This document shows, piece after piece, positions 1-8,786 of a stretch of 64,000 nt of DNA; position 1 is the first letter of the stretch; each line of letters begins with the position of its first letter. This DNA comes from an uncultured virus (IMG/VR IMGVR_UViG_3300005747_000147) (Duplodnaviria > Heunggongvirae > Uroviricota > Caudoviricetes): the IMG/VR virus record IMGVR_UViG_3300005747_000147, one strand, 5' to 3'. The notes beneath the pieces are model-generated. The model saw only the letters and a program-made list of their open reading frames with translations, ran no database searches and was not told the DNA's origin. The translations under genes and the position numbers were made by a program.

Positions 1-1
1 G

Positions 2-172
2 TGTTACCCAATGATTAAAATTGGCAATTTGGAGTATATGCCATCAGTGGGATTGTATCGAATTGACCCAATAGCATATGGAGTCGGAATGCTTGATTAT
101 GAAAGTAGTCTTCGTGAAGATTATGAGAATGGACATGGTTATGAAGAATTATTTGGAGATGAAGAAGAATGA
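2..172 (+). CDS. 5'-truncated hypothetical phage protein
   Basis: Frame open from the window edge (CYPMIKIGNLEYMPSVGLYRIDPIAYGVGMLDY...GDEEE*). Its stop overlaps the next start (ATGA). Confidence 0.6.
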   Translation, partial: CYPMIKIGNLEYMPSVGLYRIDPIAYGVGMLDYESSLREDYENGHGYEELFGDEEE

Positions 173-492
173 TTAACACAGACAATTATAAAAGACATAC
201 GAAAGGTGATAATGAAGTCGGTTGGAGAATAGTTGGGGATAACTTTGTCATGAATGATAAGTCTCCTACGAGATTCATCGCTTATGTTCAAGTGAACAAT
301 GATGGAGAACATACTATCGTTGGGTTTTCCGATGCTGATGCGAACTTGATAGCAGACGCACCACTATTAGTAGAAGAAGTCAAGCAATTACAATCCGATT
401 TGAGAGATTGCCATGATTTACTTAACGATTGTGGTTTTTTCTATGAAGATGGAACATGGATAGATGGAGATAATAGAGAGGGAGAAGAATGA
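169..492 (+). CDS. hypothetical phage protein
   Basis: 107 aa; DANLIADAP resembles the common phage 'ANARLIAAAP' motif; ATGA-coupled to neighbours. Confidence 0.7.
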   Translation: MINTDNYKRHTKGDNEVGWRIVGDNFVMNDKSPTRFIAYVQVNNDGEHTIVGFSDADANLIADAPLLVEEVKQLQSDLRDCHDLLNDCGFFYEDGTWIDGDNREGEE

Positions 493-788
493 ATTGCGAA
501 GAATGTAATAATAAAGGATATGTTTTACAAGCGGATTATCAACATGATGTAATGATGAGAGTAAATTGTATTGAGTGTTTAGCCCATGAACAGATGAAAC
601 ATGATTTGAGCATTAAATTAACAATGGTTCTAATGGATTTGAGTATGAATAGAATGGCTAGATTACTCTCCGATACTCTAATTAGTTTGGTTGATGCTGA
701 CGATACTCCCGACTATGATAGGCTTTTAGCACTTGTAGGGGCAAAGAATAAAGAGTCCCTTGTGTCCTTGTTGCAGGTGATGGTATGA
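489..788 (+). CDS. small Zn-finger protein
   Basis: N-terminal CEEC...CIEC pair. Confidence 0.6.
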   Translation: MNCEECNNKGYVLQADYQHDVMMRVNCIECLAHEQMKHDLSIKLTMVLMDLSMNRMARLLSDTLISLVDADDTPDYDRLLALVGAKNKESLVSLLQVMV

Positions 789-1150
789 CCTTAACCGGCC
801 AAGAGGAAAATAGTATGTTGGGTCAGATAGATAGAAATATACTTAACTTACTATTTGCTAATGGAGTTATTACTCTTAGTGAAATAACTGATATTATTAA
901 GAGTAGTGAACTACCTATAACAAATGAAGCGGCAGAAGCCTATTCTGAAATATTAGTCATGGAATTACAAAAGCGTTTCTTCGATAATGTAGAAGTGCCA
1001 TTGTTTTCTAACAATAGCGACAATGTTCGCTTGGTAATGCACGAAGATGCAAAATGGGTAATGGAACAAATAACTCAAGAAGAATATGACGAGAACGGAG
1101 AGGTAGTTGCCAAAGTGCTACCCAATTTTGAAATGGAGGAATATCAATGA
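785..1150 (+). CDS. hypothetical protein
   Basis: 121 aa acidic ORF, coupled by ATGA overlaps, with an AGGTGA SD. Confidence 0.65.
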   Translation: MTLTGQEENSMLGQIDRNILNLLFANGVITLSEITDIIKSSELPITNEAAEAYSEILVMELQKRFFDNVEVPLFSNNSDNVRLVMHEDAKWVMEQITQEEYDENGEVVAKVLPNFEMEEYQ

Positions 1151-1413
1151 ATATAATGGAAAAGGAAAAGAAAGTCGAATTTAGAATGGTTGATGATAGT
1201 GAATTACCACCAATCGTGATTACGATGAATGAGAACGATGACCCTAAAGTAATAGTCAATATCTATCATAAGATATGGATTAGTTATAACAGGAAGGTTA
1301 TTGCAGGAATAATGGAAGCCCTTCAAGGGAAGATGGATTCGCTATTAGATGCGTATTTATTGGAACAAAGAAGTTTTGAACGAGAAGATAGGGCTTACGA
1401 AGCAGAATATTGA
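1147..1413 (+). CDS. hypothetical protein
   Basis: 88 aa ORF with GGAGGA SD, coupled to the previous gene. Confidence 0.65.
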   Translation: MNIMEKEKKVEFRMVDDSELPPIVITMNENDDPKVIVNIYHKIWISYNRKVIAGIMEALQGKMDSLLDAYLLEQRSFEREDRAYEAEY

Positions 1414-1480
1414 AAGGAAGTGAAAAAAATGAATAAACAAAAAATGAAGAAAAATGAAAAGACCGCCCAACAGACATCTG

Positions 1481-1520
1481 TTTATAAGGGTGTAGAACAT
1501 GGAGAGAATACAACGGAGGA
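1481..1520 (+). promoter_or_regulatory. archaeal TATA box and SD upstream of the ubiquitin-like gene
   Basis: TTTATAA at 1481-1487 in an intergenic gap; GGAGGA at 1515-1520; ATG at 1527. Confidence 0.5.
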
Positions 1521-1526
1521 TTACGA

Positions 1527-1727
1527 ATGATTAAATTACGAATTTTGAACGAAACAGGCCACACCGACCTCACACTTGAAAGTAGTGGGGTTCTTGAACA
1601 AATTGATACGCACCCGACTCATTGGGTGTTTATTGACAATGTTTTGGTTTCAAGGGAGAATATTACTGAAATTAACTGGGATGAAGTTACTTCAGTCAAT
1701 TTGACCCCTGCTATCGTTGGCGGATAA
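1527..1727 (+). CDS. ubiquitin-like beta-grasp protein (ThiS/MoaD/SAMP-like) with C-terminal Gly-Gly
   Basis: 66 aa; WVFIDNVLV...SVNLTPAIVGG*. Size, strand pattern and GG terminus are typical of ThiS/SAMP. Confidence 0.8.
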   Translation: MIKLRILNETGHTDLTLESSGVLEQIDTHPTHWVFIDNVLVSRENITEINWDEVTSVNLTPAIVGG

Positions 1728-1762
1728 GCAGGTTATTAAACCGACCACAACTTGCGAATCTT

Positions 1763-1807
1763 GGGGTGGGGGTGTTGCCTTACGAGGCAATCCCCTGCCC
1801 CTTTTTT
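1763..1807 (+). terminator. GC-rich hairpin plus T-tract terminator
   Basis: GGGGTGGGGGTGTTGCCT-TACG-AGGCAATCCCCTGCCCC followed by TTTTTT, directly after the Ubl gene. Confidence 0.7.
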
Positions 1808-1820
1808 GAGTGTGGCAAAC

Positions 1821-2195
1821 ATGGACTTATCTACTTTTATCTCTAAGGAAGCATTAAATCTTTTTTTACAAACAAAAGGTTGGCAAATGCTCATTCCCCA
1901 TGTCTTCGGAGAGAAAGCGGTCTTTAAACCCGACTTTTATGAAGACATGTATATTATAGCGCAGGGTAAGTCTGGAAAAATATGCGCTAAAGGACATTCA
2001 ATTATAAATTATCAAGGTAATACCTTCGATTGTGTTAATATGCTTATTTCTAAGCATGGTGAAACAGCACTAGAAGATTTTGATAACTGGAAGTTTATTG
2101 AAGAAAAAGAATGGGTTATCTACAAAGATGGCGAATGGCTTCATTCCTTTACTTCTCTTCTAGAATTACCAAATGCAAAAACATACAGGTGTTAA
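1821..2195 (+). CDS. hypothetical protein
   Basis: ORF 1752-2195; start moved to ATG 1821 (MDLSTFIS) because the upstream part lies in the terminator. Confidence 0.65.
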   Translation: MDLSTFISKEALNLFLQTKGWQMLIPHVFGEKAVFKPDFYEDMYIIAQGKSGKICAKGHSIINYQGNTFDCVNMLISKHGETALEDFDNWKFIEEKEWVIYKDGEWLHSFTSLLELPNAKTYRC

Positions 2196-2197
2196 AA

Positions 2198-4072
2198 ATG
2201 AAAAAACAGAAAGAAAACAAAGCGATTCAAATACTATCGGATATTACTGTGCATATGAAATATGCTAGGTTTTTACCCGAACTAAATAGAAGAGAAACTT
2301 GGGATGAAATAGTCTCAAGAAACGAACAAATGCACATCAAAACATATCCCCAACTGGAGGAAGAAATACATGACATCTATACTAACTTTATCAGAACCCG
2401 AAAAATCCTCCCGTCAATGCGTTCTATGCAATTTGGCGGAAAGCCTGTGGAAATTAGCCCGAATAGGGTTTATAACTGCGCTTATATGCCTATTGACTCC
2501 TATATTGCTTTTAGTGAATCTATGTTTCTTCTTCTCGGTGGAACGGGGGTTGGGTACTCTGTCCAAAGACATCACATTGAACAATTACCGGAAATCCAAC
2601 AGCCTAATGACTCAAGAAAGCGTCGTTATCTTATTAACGATTCTATTGAAGGTTGGGCTGACGCTGTTAAAGTATTGATGGAATGTTATATGGGAATTAA
2701 AAAGGATAGCCCTAAGTTTGACTATTCTGATATTAGACCTAAAGGTTCTCTTTTGAAGACTTCTGGTGGAAAAGCCCCCGGCCCTCAACCTTTGCGTGAA
2801 TGTTTAGTAAAGGTCGAAGGTATGTTACAAAATATCCCTAATGGTTCTAAACTTGAGCCTATTCAAGCACATGATATTATGTGCCATATTGCTGATGCAG
2901 TTTTAGCCGGAGGTATTCGTCGTGCCGCTATGATTAGTTTATTTAGTGCTGATGATGCTAAAATGCTTTCATGTAAATCTGGTAATTGGTGGGAAAATAG
3001 CCCACAACGGGGAAGAGCAAACAATTCAGCAGTATTGCTTAGACATAGAATCAATAAAGAGTTCTTTATGTCTATTTGGGAAAGAATACAATTAAGTGGT
3101 AGTGGAGAACCGGGAATTTATTTCAGTAATGATAAAGATTGGGGAACAAACCCTTGTTGTGAAATTGCACTACGACCATTTCAATTCTGTAATTTAACAG
3201 AAGTAAATGCTTCAAACATTGAAGGGCAAAAGGATTTAGAAGACCGAGTTAAAGCGGCTTCTTTCTTAGGAACATTACAAGCAGGATATACTGACTTTCA
3301 TTATTTGAGAGATATTTGGCGTAAGACTACTGAGAAGGATTCTTTGTTGGGGGTATCAATGACAGGTATCGCATCTAATATTGTCGAGAAGTTGGATATT
3401 GAATCTGCTTCTCTACAAGCAAAATTAGAAAACCGTCGTGTTGCTAAATTATTACAAATTAACCCTGCAAGTAGAGTAACTTGTGTTAAACCCGCAGGTA
3501 CAACTTCTCTTGTATTAGGTTCTTCTTCGGGAATACATGCTTGGCATGATGAATATTATATTCGTCGTGTTCGTGTTGGAAAGAATGAAGCAATCTATTC
3601 TTATTTGGCAAACAATCATCCCGAATTAGTAGAGGATGAGTATTTCAATCCAACAGAACAGGCAGTAATTAGTATTCCTCAAAAAGCACCAGATAACGCA
3701 ATCACTCGAAAAGAAAGCGTATTTGATTTACTTGAACGAGTAAAGCAGTTTAGCATTAGATGGGTTAATAACGGTCATGTTGATGGAATGAATACCCATA
3801 ATGTTTCAGCGACTATTTCAATCAAAGAAGATGAATGGGATGATGTTGCAGAATGGATGTGGTTTAACCGACATTATTACAATGGATTGGCTGTTCTTCC
3901 TTATGATGGTGGAACATACAAACAAGCACCATTTGAAACTATTACCAAGGAACAATACAATGACATGTATGCTCTTCTCGGCTCTATTGATTTAACTAAA
4001 ATAGTAGAAAGCGAAGACAATACTGACTTATCCGGTGAAATTGCTTGTGCCGGTGGACTTTGCGAGATTTGA
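2198..4072 (+). CDS. nrdJ: class II (adenosylcobalamin-dependent) ribonucleotide reductase
   Basis: RRETW, ILPSMRSMQFGG, YNCAY, GTGVG, RRAAMI, catalytic TNPCCEI, TCVKPAGTTS, C-terminal CAGGLCEI; probable start MKKQK at 2198. Confidence 0.93.
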   Translation: MKKQKENKAIQILSDITVHMKYARFLPELNRRETWDEIVSRNEQMHIKTYPQLEEEIHDIYTNFIRTRKILPSMRSMQFGGKPVEISPNRVYNCAYMPIDSYIAFSESMFLLLGGTGVGYSVQRHHIEQLPEIQQPNDSRKRRYLINDSIEGWADAVKVLMECYMGIKKDSPKFDYSDIRPKGSLLKTSGGKAPGPQPLRECLVKVEGMLQNIPNGSKLEPIQAHDIMCHIADAVLAGGIRRAAMISLFSADDAKMLSCKSGNWWENSPQRGRANNSAVLLRHRINKEFFMSIWERIQLSGSGEPGIYFSNDKDWGTNPCCEIALRPFQFCNLTEVNASNIEGQKDLEDRVKAASFLGTLQAGYTDFHYLRDIWRKTTEKDSLLGVSMTGIASNIVEKLDIESASLQAKLENRRVAKLLQINPASRVTCVKPAGTTSLVLGSSSGIHAWHDEYYIRRVRVGKNEAIYSYLANNHPELVEDEYFNPTEQAVISIPQKAPDNAITRKESVFDLLERVKQFSIRWVNNGHVDGMNTHNVSATISIKEDEWDDVAEWMWFNRHYYNGLAVLPYDGGTYKQAPFETITKEQYNDMYALLGSIDLTKIVESEDNTDLSGEIACAGGLCEI

Positions 4073-4081
4073 GGTGATTGA

Positions 4082-4420
4082 TTGTCTCGCCCGCTTTCTT
4101 ATAGAAAATTACCCTATTCGGGCTATAAGAAAGCGATAGTCTCAATGCTGAAAGAGTTCTCAAGTGTTAGTAGAACCAAAATACTATTAGCCATAGAAGT
4201 TTGTGAAGAGTTGCCGAAGGAAGACAGATTGTATAGAATTGAACAAAGTTTGAATACTGCCCTGTGGGAATTAGATGAGGCAATTGAACTAGGTTTTGAT
4301 GCTTGGAAGAATAAACACTTAGTAGAAAGAGCAAACGCCTTTCTTTATCACGAAAATAATAAAGACGAATGCGACTACGATTGCGAAGTTTGTAAAATAG
4401 CATTTAGGTGGAAGGCATGA
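4082..4420 (+). CDS. hypothetical protein with C-terminal Cys cluster
   Basis: TTG start after a GAGGTGA SD; ends with CDYDCEVC. Confidence 0.6.
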   Translation: MSRPLSYRKLPYSGYKKAIVSMLKEFSSVSRTKILLAIEVCEELPKEDRLYRIEQSLNTALWELDEAIELGFDAWKNKHLVERANAFLYHENNKDECDYDCEVCKIAFRWKA

Positions 4421-4587
4421 AAGAAAAAGACCCCAAATATACTACAAGTCATAGGACTTACAAAAAAAGAATAGCAACTTCTTGTCGCATATGCGGCCAA
4501 CAATTGCTAATACCAGAAGAAATTAAAAGAGAAAGGCACGATAATTGTGCCAAAAATAATAAACATGACAATATATACATGATGTGA
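4417..4587 (+). CDS. small Zn-finger protein (56 aa, below the ORF-track cut-off)
   Basis: MKEKDPKY...CRICGQQL...HDNC...*; ATGA and GTGA overlaps with both neighbours. Confidence 0.6.
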   Translation: MKEKDPKYTTSHRTYKKRIATSCRICGQQLLIPEEIKRERHDNCAKNNKHDNIYMM

Positions 4588-5771
4588 ATAATATGGATAA
4601 AATAGGAATAAGAATAAGAAAACCAGATGATAGTCGAGACTACTACCCCACAGTTACAGTAACAAGTGATAGTATTATCAATTATAGTAACGGTTGGGAA
4701 TATAGGGTCGAATACTTAAGAAATGAAAAAGACCCTATTCATGCGGGTCTTGTTAAGTTTTGGAAGACAACATTGGGTAATAAAAGAATGGATTACAGTG
4801 CGCCTAAAATACGGTTTAGTTCAGATATTGTTGTAATAAATATTGAAACTCTACCAATAGCAATACACCGCAAGAATGGTAGATTTCGCTTAAATGGTAA
4901 ATCTGAATCGGCTAGCACTATTGCTAATGCTTTGGCTAGAGTAACAATTTCAGCAATTCGTGAAAAATCACCAGTTAAATTAATGTCATCCTTGATGAAA
5001 GTTTTAAGCCTATCCGAGAATGTAAAGTATTGTCTTGAGAACAGAGTTCCTTTTCACTACTTTGTCAATTTCAAGAAAGTAGATGTCCGTTTGAATATTC
5101 AACAAATTTCCGAAAAGGAATGTGCTATTGAGATAAGCGACGGTGTTTGGGCAAGTATTTCTAATAAGGAGTTGGATAAGTTTTGTACTTTTTTCTTACA
5201 TGGAAAGAAGCAGGGTAAGTTTAAGCATATGGGAATAAAGCGTCTATATACTTACTTACTAGGACAAGAGCCATCTGACTCAGATTTAGAGTTAATGCGT
5301 CAATTCCTTAGACAAAACCGACAGCAGGACATTGTAGAGGATAGAGCAATTCAACTACTACATGAATTAGTAGAAGAATCGCCAAATCATCTCCACTTAA
5401 TTATGGAAGAAAACCAACCTAAGTCCCTTTACATTAAAGGGGCGGGCTATGATTGGCTACTAAGTGCTAATGAATACAAAAGCGATATTCAACTGGTATC
5501 AACTTATGTCTGTCAGCCAATACCGCAAACAGATGAAAACCAAATGCCACTACCAATATTGGATTGTGAGTGGAAATGGAAAGGCCCAATCTGTATTGAT
5601 AATATGGCAAAGGGTTCTTCACTTGGCGACCAATTCGCAACAAGAGCATTAGCACTGATTAATGATACTCATACAATACAAATAGTAAATACGATTAAGC
5701 GATACTTAATCGCAGATGAAAATACGAATAGGATGGATTTTGATGAAATGCTTAGAGTGCAACACAAGTGA
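4584..5771 (+). CDS. hypothetical protein with a candidate C-terminal E2 (ubiquitin-conjugating)-like domain
   Basis: 395 aa; WKGPICIDNM matches the E2 active-site pattern GxICLDxL and is followed by a helix; E1 and JAB genes are nearby. The HPN motif is absent. Confidence 0.5.
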   Translation: MNNMDKIGIRIRKPDDSRDYYPTVTVTSDSIINYSNGWEYRVEYLRNEKDPIHAGLVKFWKTTLGNKRMDYSAPKIRFSSDIVVINIETLPIAIHRKNGRFRLNGKSESASTIANALARVTISAIREKSPVKLMSSLMKVLSLSENVKYCLENRVPFHYFVNFKKVDVRLNIQQISEKECAIEISDGVWASISNKELDKFCTFFLHGKKQGKFKHMGIKRLYTYLLGQEPSDSDLELMRQFLRQNRQQDIVEDRAIQLLHELVEESPNHLHLIMEENQPKSLYIKGAGYDWLLSANEYKSDIQLVSTYVCQPIPQTDENQMPLPILDCEWKWKGPICIDNMAKGSSLGDQFATRALALINDTHTIQIVNTIKRYLIADENTNRMDFDEMLRVQHK

Positions 5772-6603
5772 GTTTGAATATGACGAAGTAATGGGTGAAA
5801 CCGCATGTGTAGCATGTGGTCTTATTGCTGTAACTGAATTGTTTGAAGAACGGCAAATGTCCGTAGATAAAGAAGTTTTGCTGAAATCTTCAGAAAGAAC
5901 GGGATTAGGTAGCATTATTTCCGGAAAGGGAAAGATTGCACACATTCACAATAGGTATAGTGATAAAGACCACCATATCAAGAAAGGCGTAGTAATGTGT
6001 CAAATGGTTCTTTCTAATGTGTTTGATTCTACTACATCTCTTAGAGATAGAGTGGGAGAAGTATATAGAGAATTACATTCTAAGAACATATTCAAGGGTG
6101 TTTCTTTAGAAGTGAGAGCAACCGCAGTAGTATGGCTTGTGATGAAAGAAAATAAGACCCCAATCAAAATTAAAAAATTAAGTGAAGAGTTTAGTTGTTC
6201 GGGTAAACCATTGAATCGCCTGATACGCAAAATATCCACATATTATGGTGGTAGAATGCGCCAAATGGAAGCAGACCCGCAATACTTACTAAAGAAAGTA
6301 GCCAACCAAATAACAGATGATATAGTTTACATTTCTCAATGTATGGAAACTTTAGAAATGTTTGAGAGAATAATTAATAGTAGTGATTATAATAAAAGAA
6401 ACGCTTACTATGAAAGCATTTGTTGGATTTCAAAGAATATCTTTGTATATCCAAGAATAACATTGACACTTATTGCCGAGAAGACTGATGCTTCTTGGTC
6501 GGCAATACAAAAACAAACCAAAGACCTTTTAGGTTTAATTGGATTAAAGACTTGTGCCCAAGTAAAAGGCAAACAAATAAGTGAATTAGAAAGGAGAGAA
6601 TAA
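5743..6603 (+). CDS. tfb: transcription initiation factor TFB/TFIIB homologue
   Basis: Zn ribbon CLEC...GETACVACGLI, then two cyclin-like helical repeats (FKGVSLEVRATAVVWL; ITLTLIAEKTDASWSAIQK). Confidence 0.8.
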   Translation: MKCLECNTSEFEYDEVMGETACVACGLIAVTELFEERQMSVDKEVLLKSSERTGLGSIISGKGKIAHIHNRYSDKDHHIKKGVVMCQMVLSNVFDSTTSLRDRVGEVYRELHSKNIFKGVSLEVRATAVVWLVMKENKTPIKIKKLSEEFSCSGKPLNRLIRKISTYYGGRMRQMEADPQYLLKKVANQITDDIVYISQCMETLEMFERIINSSDYNKRNAYYESICWISKNIFVYPRITLTLIAEKTDASWSAIQKQTKDLLGLIGLKTCAQVKGKQISELERRE

Positions 6604-6605
6604 AT

Positions 6606-7163
6606 ATGAGAAAAATATTAATAATTGGAACAGGCGGAATTGGGTCATTCTTGACTCAATATTTAGATAAAGTCGGACTATACAACATTACTGTTGCAGA
6701 CCCCGATTCAGTTGAAACTAAAAACTTAACATATCAAAACTTTAGTAGAGGTCATGTTGGACAGAATAAGGCCAGTGTTATGTTTGATGAGTATGAATCA
6801 GTCAATCATTACTCTAAGTTTCCTATCCTCACAGCAAAGCAAATGGATGGATTTGATTTGGTTATCTGTTGTGTTGATAATTTGAGTGTTCGTCGAACCT
6901 TATACAACACAAGTATTAAATGGTTGGACTTAAGAGCGCAAGGCAGGAACGCAGCCCTTGTTAGCCATATGGCAGATGTTAAAATGCACGATACTTTGCT
7001 TATGGGTGAAGATGGTTCGTTTAGTTGCCAAGGTGATTCTTGGGATGGAACAAATAAGAATGTTCACTTTATGCAAATAACAATAGCAGGTATGGGCGCA
7101 CAGTGGATTCAAAGATATTTTAATAAAGAAGAAGTAAGTGATTTTAAGGTTGTGAATGTATGA
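6606..7163 (+). CDS. E1-like activating enzyme (ThiF/MoeB family)
   Basis: ILIIGTGGIGS Rossmann motif, DPDSVETKNLTYQ, VGQNKA, DLVICCVDNLSVR; candidate catalytic Cys in SFSCQ; no Zn CxxC pairs. Confidence 0.88.
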   Translation: MRKILIIGTGGIGSFLTQYLDKVGLYNITVADPDSVETKNLTYQNFSRGHVGQNKASVMFDEYESVNHYSKFPILTAKQMDGFDLVICCVDNLSVRRTLYNTSIKWLDLRAQGRNAALVSHMADVKMHDTLLMGEDGSFSCQGDSWDGTNKNVHFMQITIAGMGAQWIQRYFNKEEVSDFKVVNV

Positions 7164-8236
7164 GTGAAGATATAAGAAAGATAAGAACAGTCTGGACAGA
7201 AGAAGTTGTAGATTACATTACAATGCAAAGGAACATTAAAAATGCTAAGTGGTCTCAAATTGTTCGTAGGCTTCAACAGCACTTTAATATTACAACTACT
7301 GTTAAGAACGCTATGAATCAATATCACAAAAGGAAAAAACAAATGGAAAGTGAAAATATGAATTGGAAAGATGAACCCGCAACTCGGAAACAATGTAATT
7401 ATATTGCAGGGCTAACCCTGCCTAATGGTAGTAAGAAACTAAAGAAAACATTAGAAGACCAACTATATAATAAGTCTCTTGCTCAAGAGTTTACTAAGAA
7501 TATGGCTAGTGAAAGGATTCAGTCTTTAGAATCACAATTACTTGCTACTAATTCCGGTGTAAACCGTCGTTGGACAATATTAGAAGATAATGTTATTATG
7601 GGTTGCCATAGTGCTATGTCAGCCATCGCACTAAAATTACCAAATAGGACTGAAAGTGCTGTAAAACAGCGTTACTATGCTCTTAGGAAAAAGGCAAAAT
7701 CCAATAGTGAACCAACTCCAATTGTAGCAAAGAAACAACCTAATACACAGTTACATAAAACTGAACTACCTCAAAAGATTGAAACTTTTGTAGAAAAGCA
7801 TGGTAATCCAACAACTCGTCATCTTTCAAATGATGAGAAAGAAATGTTCGAGGAAGTGAAAGAAGTGTTGGAAGAAGCAGTAGTTGAACGAAAGCATCTA
7901 AGAAGCCCAAAGACTTGGAAAACTGAAGAAGACTTTGATTTGCTTTGTAATTTCTATGAATTGTCTATTTTGGAAGCAAAAGAGCGATATGGTCGAGACT
8001 ATGGTACTATTGCTTCTCGGCTTGAATCTCTCTTTGAAAGCACACAACCTAAACATATGTCTTTACTTATGGAAGCCAGTGCCTTTATCAAAGCACGAAA
8101 GGCTGAAGAGATAGAATCCTATAAGAACGGCTATTTTAAGCGACGGAAAGCGGCTAAAATGGCAAAGAAACAACTCAAGAAGGAACGCAAGGCGGAGAAA
8201 CTTGAGGCAAAATTGAAAAAACTACGAGGTGAATAA
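7160..8236 (+). CDS. Myb/SANT-like repeat DNA-binding protein
   Basis: Three W[TK]xxE-type repeats (VWTEEVV...WSQIVRRL; RRWTILEDNVI...LPNRTESAVKQRYYAL; TWKTEEDFDL...GRDYGTIASRL), a PATRKQ motif, and a basic C-terminal tail. Confidence 0.6.
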   Translation: MSEDIRKIRTVWTEEVVDYITMQRNIKNAKWSQIVRRLQQHFNITTTVKNAMNQYHKRKKQMESENMNWKDEPATRKQCNYIAGLTLPNGSKKLKKTLEDQLYNKSLAQEFTKNMASERIQSLESQLLATNSGVNRRWTILEDNVIMGCHSAMSAIALKLPNRTESAVKQRYYALRKKAKSNSEPTPIVAKKQPNTQLHKTELPQKIETFVEKHGNPTTRHLSNDEKEMFEEVKEVLEEAVVERKHLRSPKTWKTEEDFDLLCNFYELSILEAKERYGRDYGTIASRLESLFESTQPKHMSLLMEASAFIKARKAEEIESYKNGYFKRRKAAKMAKKQLKKERKAEKLEAKLKKLRGE

Positions 8237-8786
8237 AATGGGAAGAATGAGCGATAAAAGTATAGAAAATGAAGAACGATATGGAATTAATGATGATGCT
8301 TGGGAATATCAAATGCAGGTCGAAGAAGCGAGAAACGAAATAATTTCTTTCTTGCAGAACAATTGGATTGAAGAGTTTGATATGAACGGAGAAGATGCAA
8401 TACATTCTAAGTCATGGCATTACTCTATTTGGTATGCTTCTACTCAAATGTTACCAAACCTTGAGGTTCAAGTAGTAATTGATGCTAAGAATAGAGCGCA
8501 CATTTCATCAGGAACAAGTGGCTATGTTTCTTTCCCTATGCCACCTAAAGGAATGGAATTACCTATGAAATGTTGGTTTCACACTCATCCTTTTGGTTCT
8601 GCTTATTTTAGCGGAACAGATTGGAATACTGTAAATATATTTCATACGGTCATGGAAACAGCATATGTTATTGGTGGAGATGAACACTATGGATTTTGGA
8701 CTAATGCTAAAAGAAACCTTTTAGAAATAAAAGAAAAAGACGGAAGTTACCGAATGCAAACACAAACAGGAAGTGAAGAAGAATGA
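8229..8786 (+). CDS. JAB/JAMM (MPN+) metalloprotease, deubiquitinase-like
   Basis: Complete JAMM motif: E (LEVQVVID)...HTHPFGSAYFSGTD, i.e. HxH-x7-S-x2-D. Confidence 0.88.
   Translation: MNKMGRMSDKSIENEERYGINDDAWEYQMQVEEARNEIISFLQNNWIEEFDMNGEDAIHSKSWHYSIWYASTQMLPNLEVQVVIDAKNRAHISSGTSGYVSFPMPPKGMELPMKCWFHTHPFGSAYFSGTDWNTVNIFHTVMETAYVIGGDEHYGFWTNAKRNLLEIKEKDGSYRMQTQTGSEEE

Noticed and set aside
1752..2197. ORF-track starts at 1752 and 2111
   Set aside because: The first lies within the terminator region and the second overlaps the upstream gene; starts at 1821 and 2198 are more plausible.
1527..7163. ThiS/ThiF as thiamine or molybdopterin auxiliary metabolic genes
   Set aside because: No thiG, moaE, desulfurase or thiouridylase in the window, and the JAB and E2-like genes favour conjugation. 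Partners outside the window or in the host cannot be excluded.
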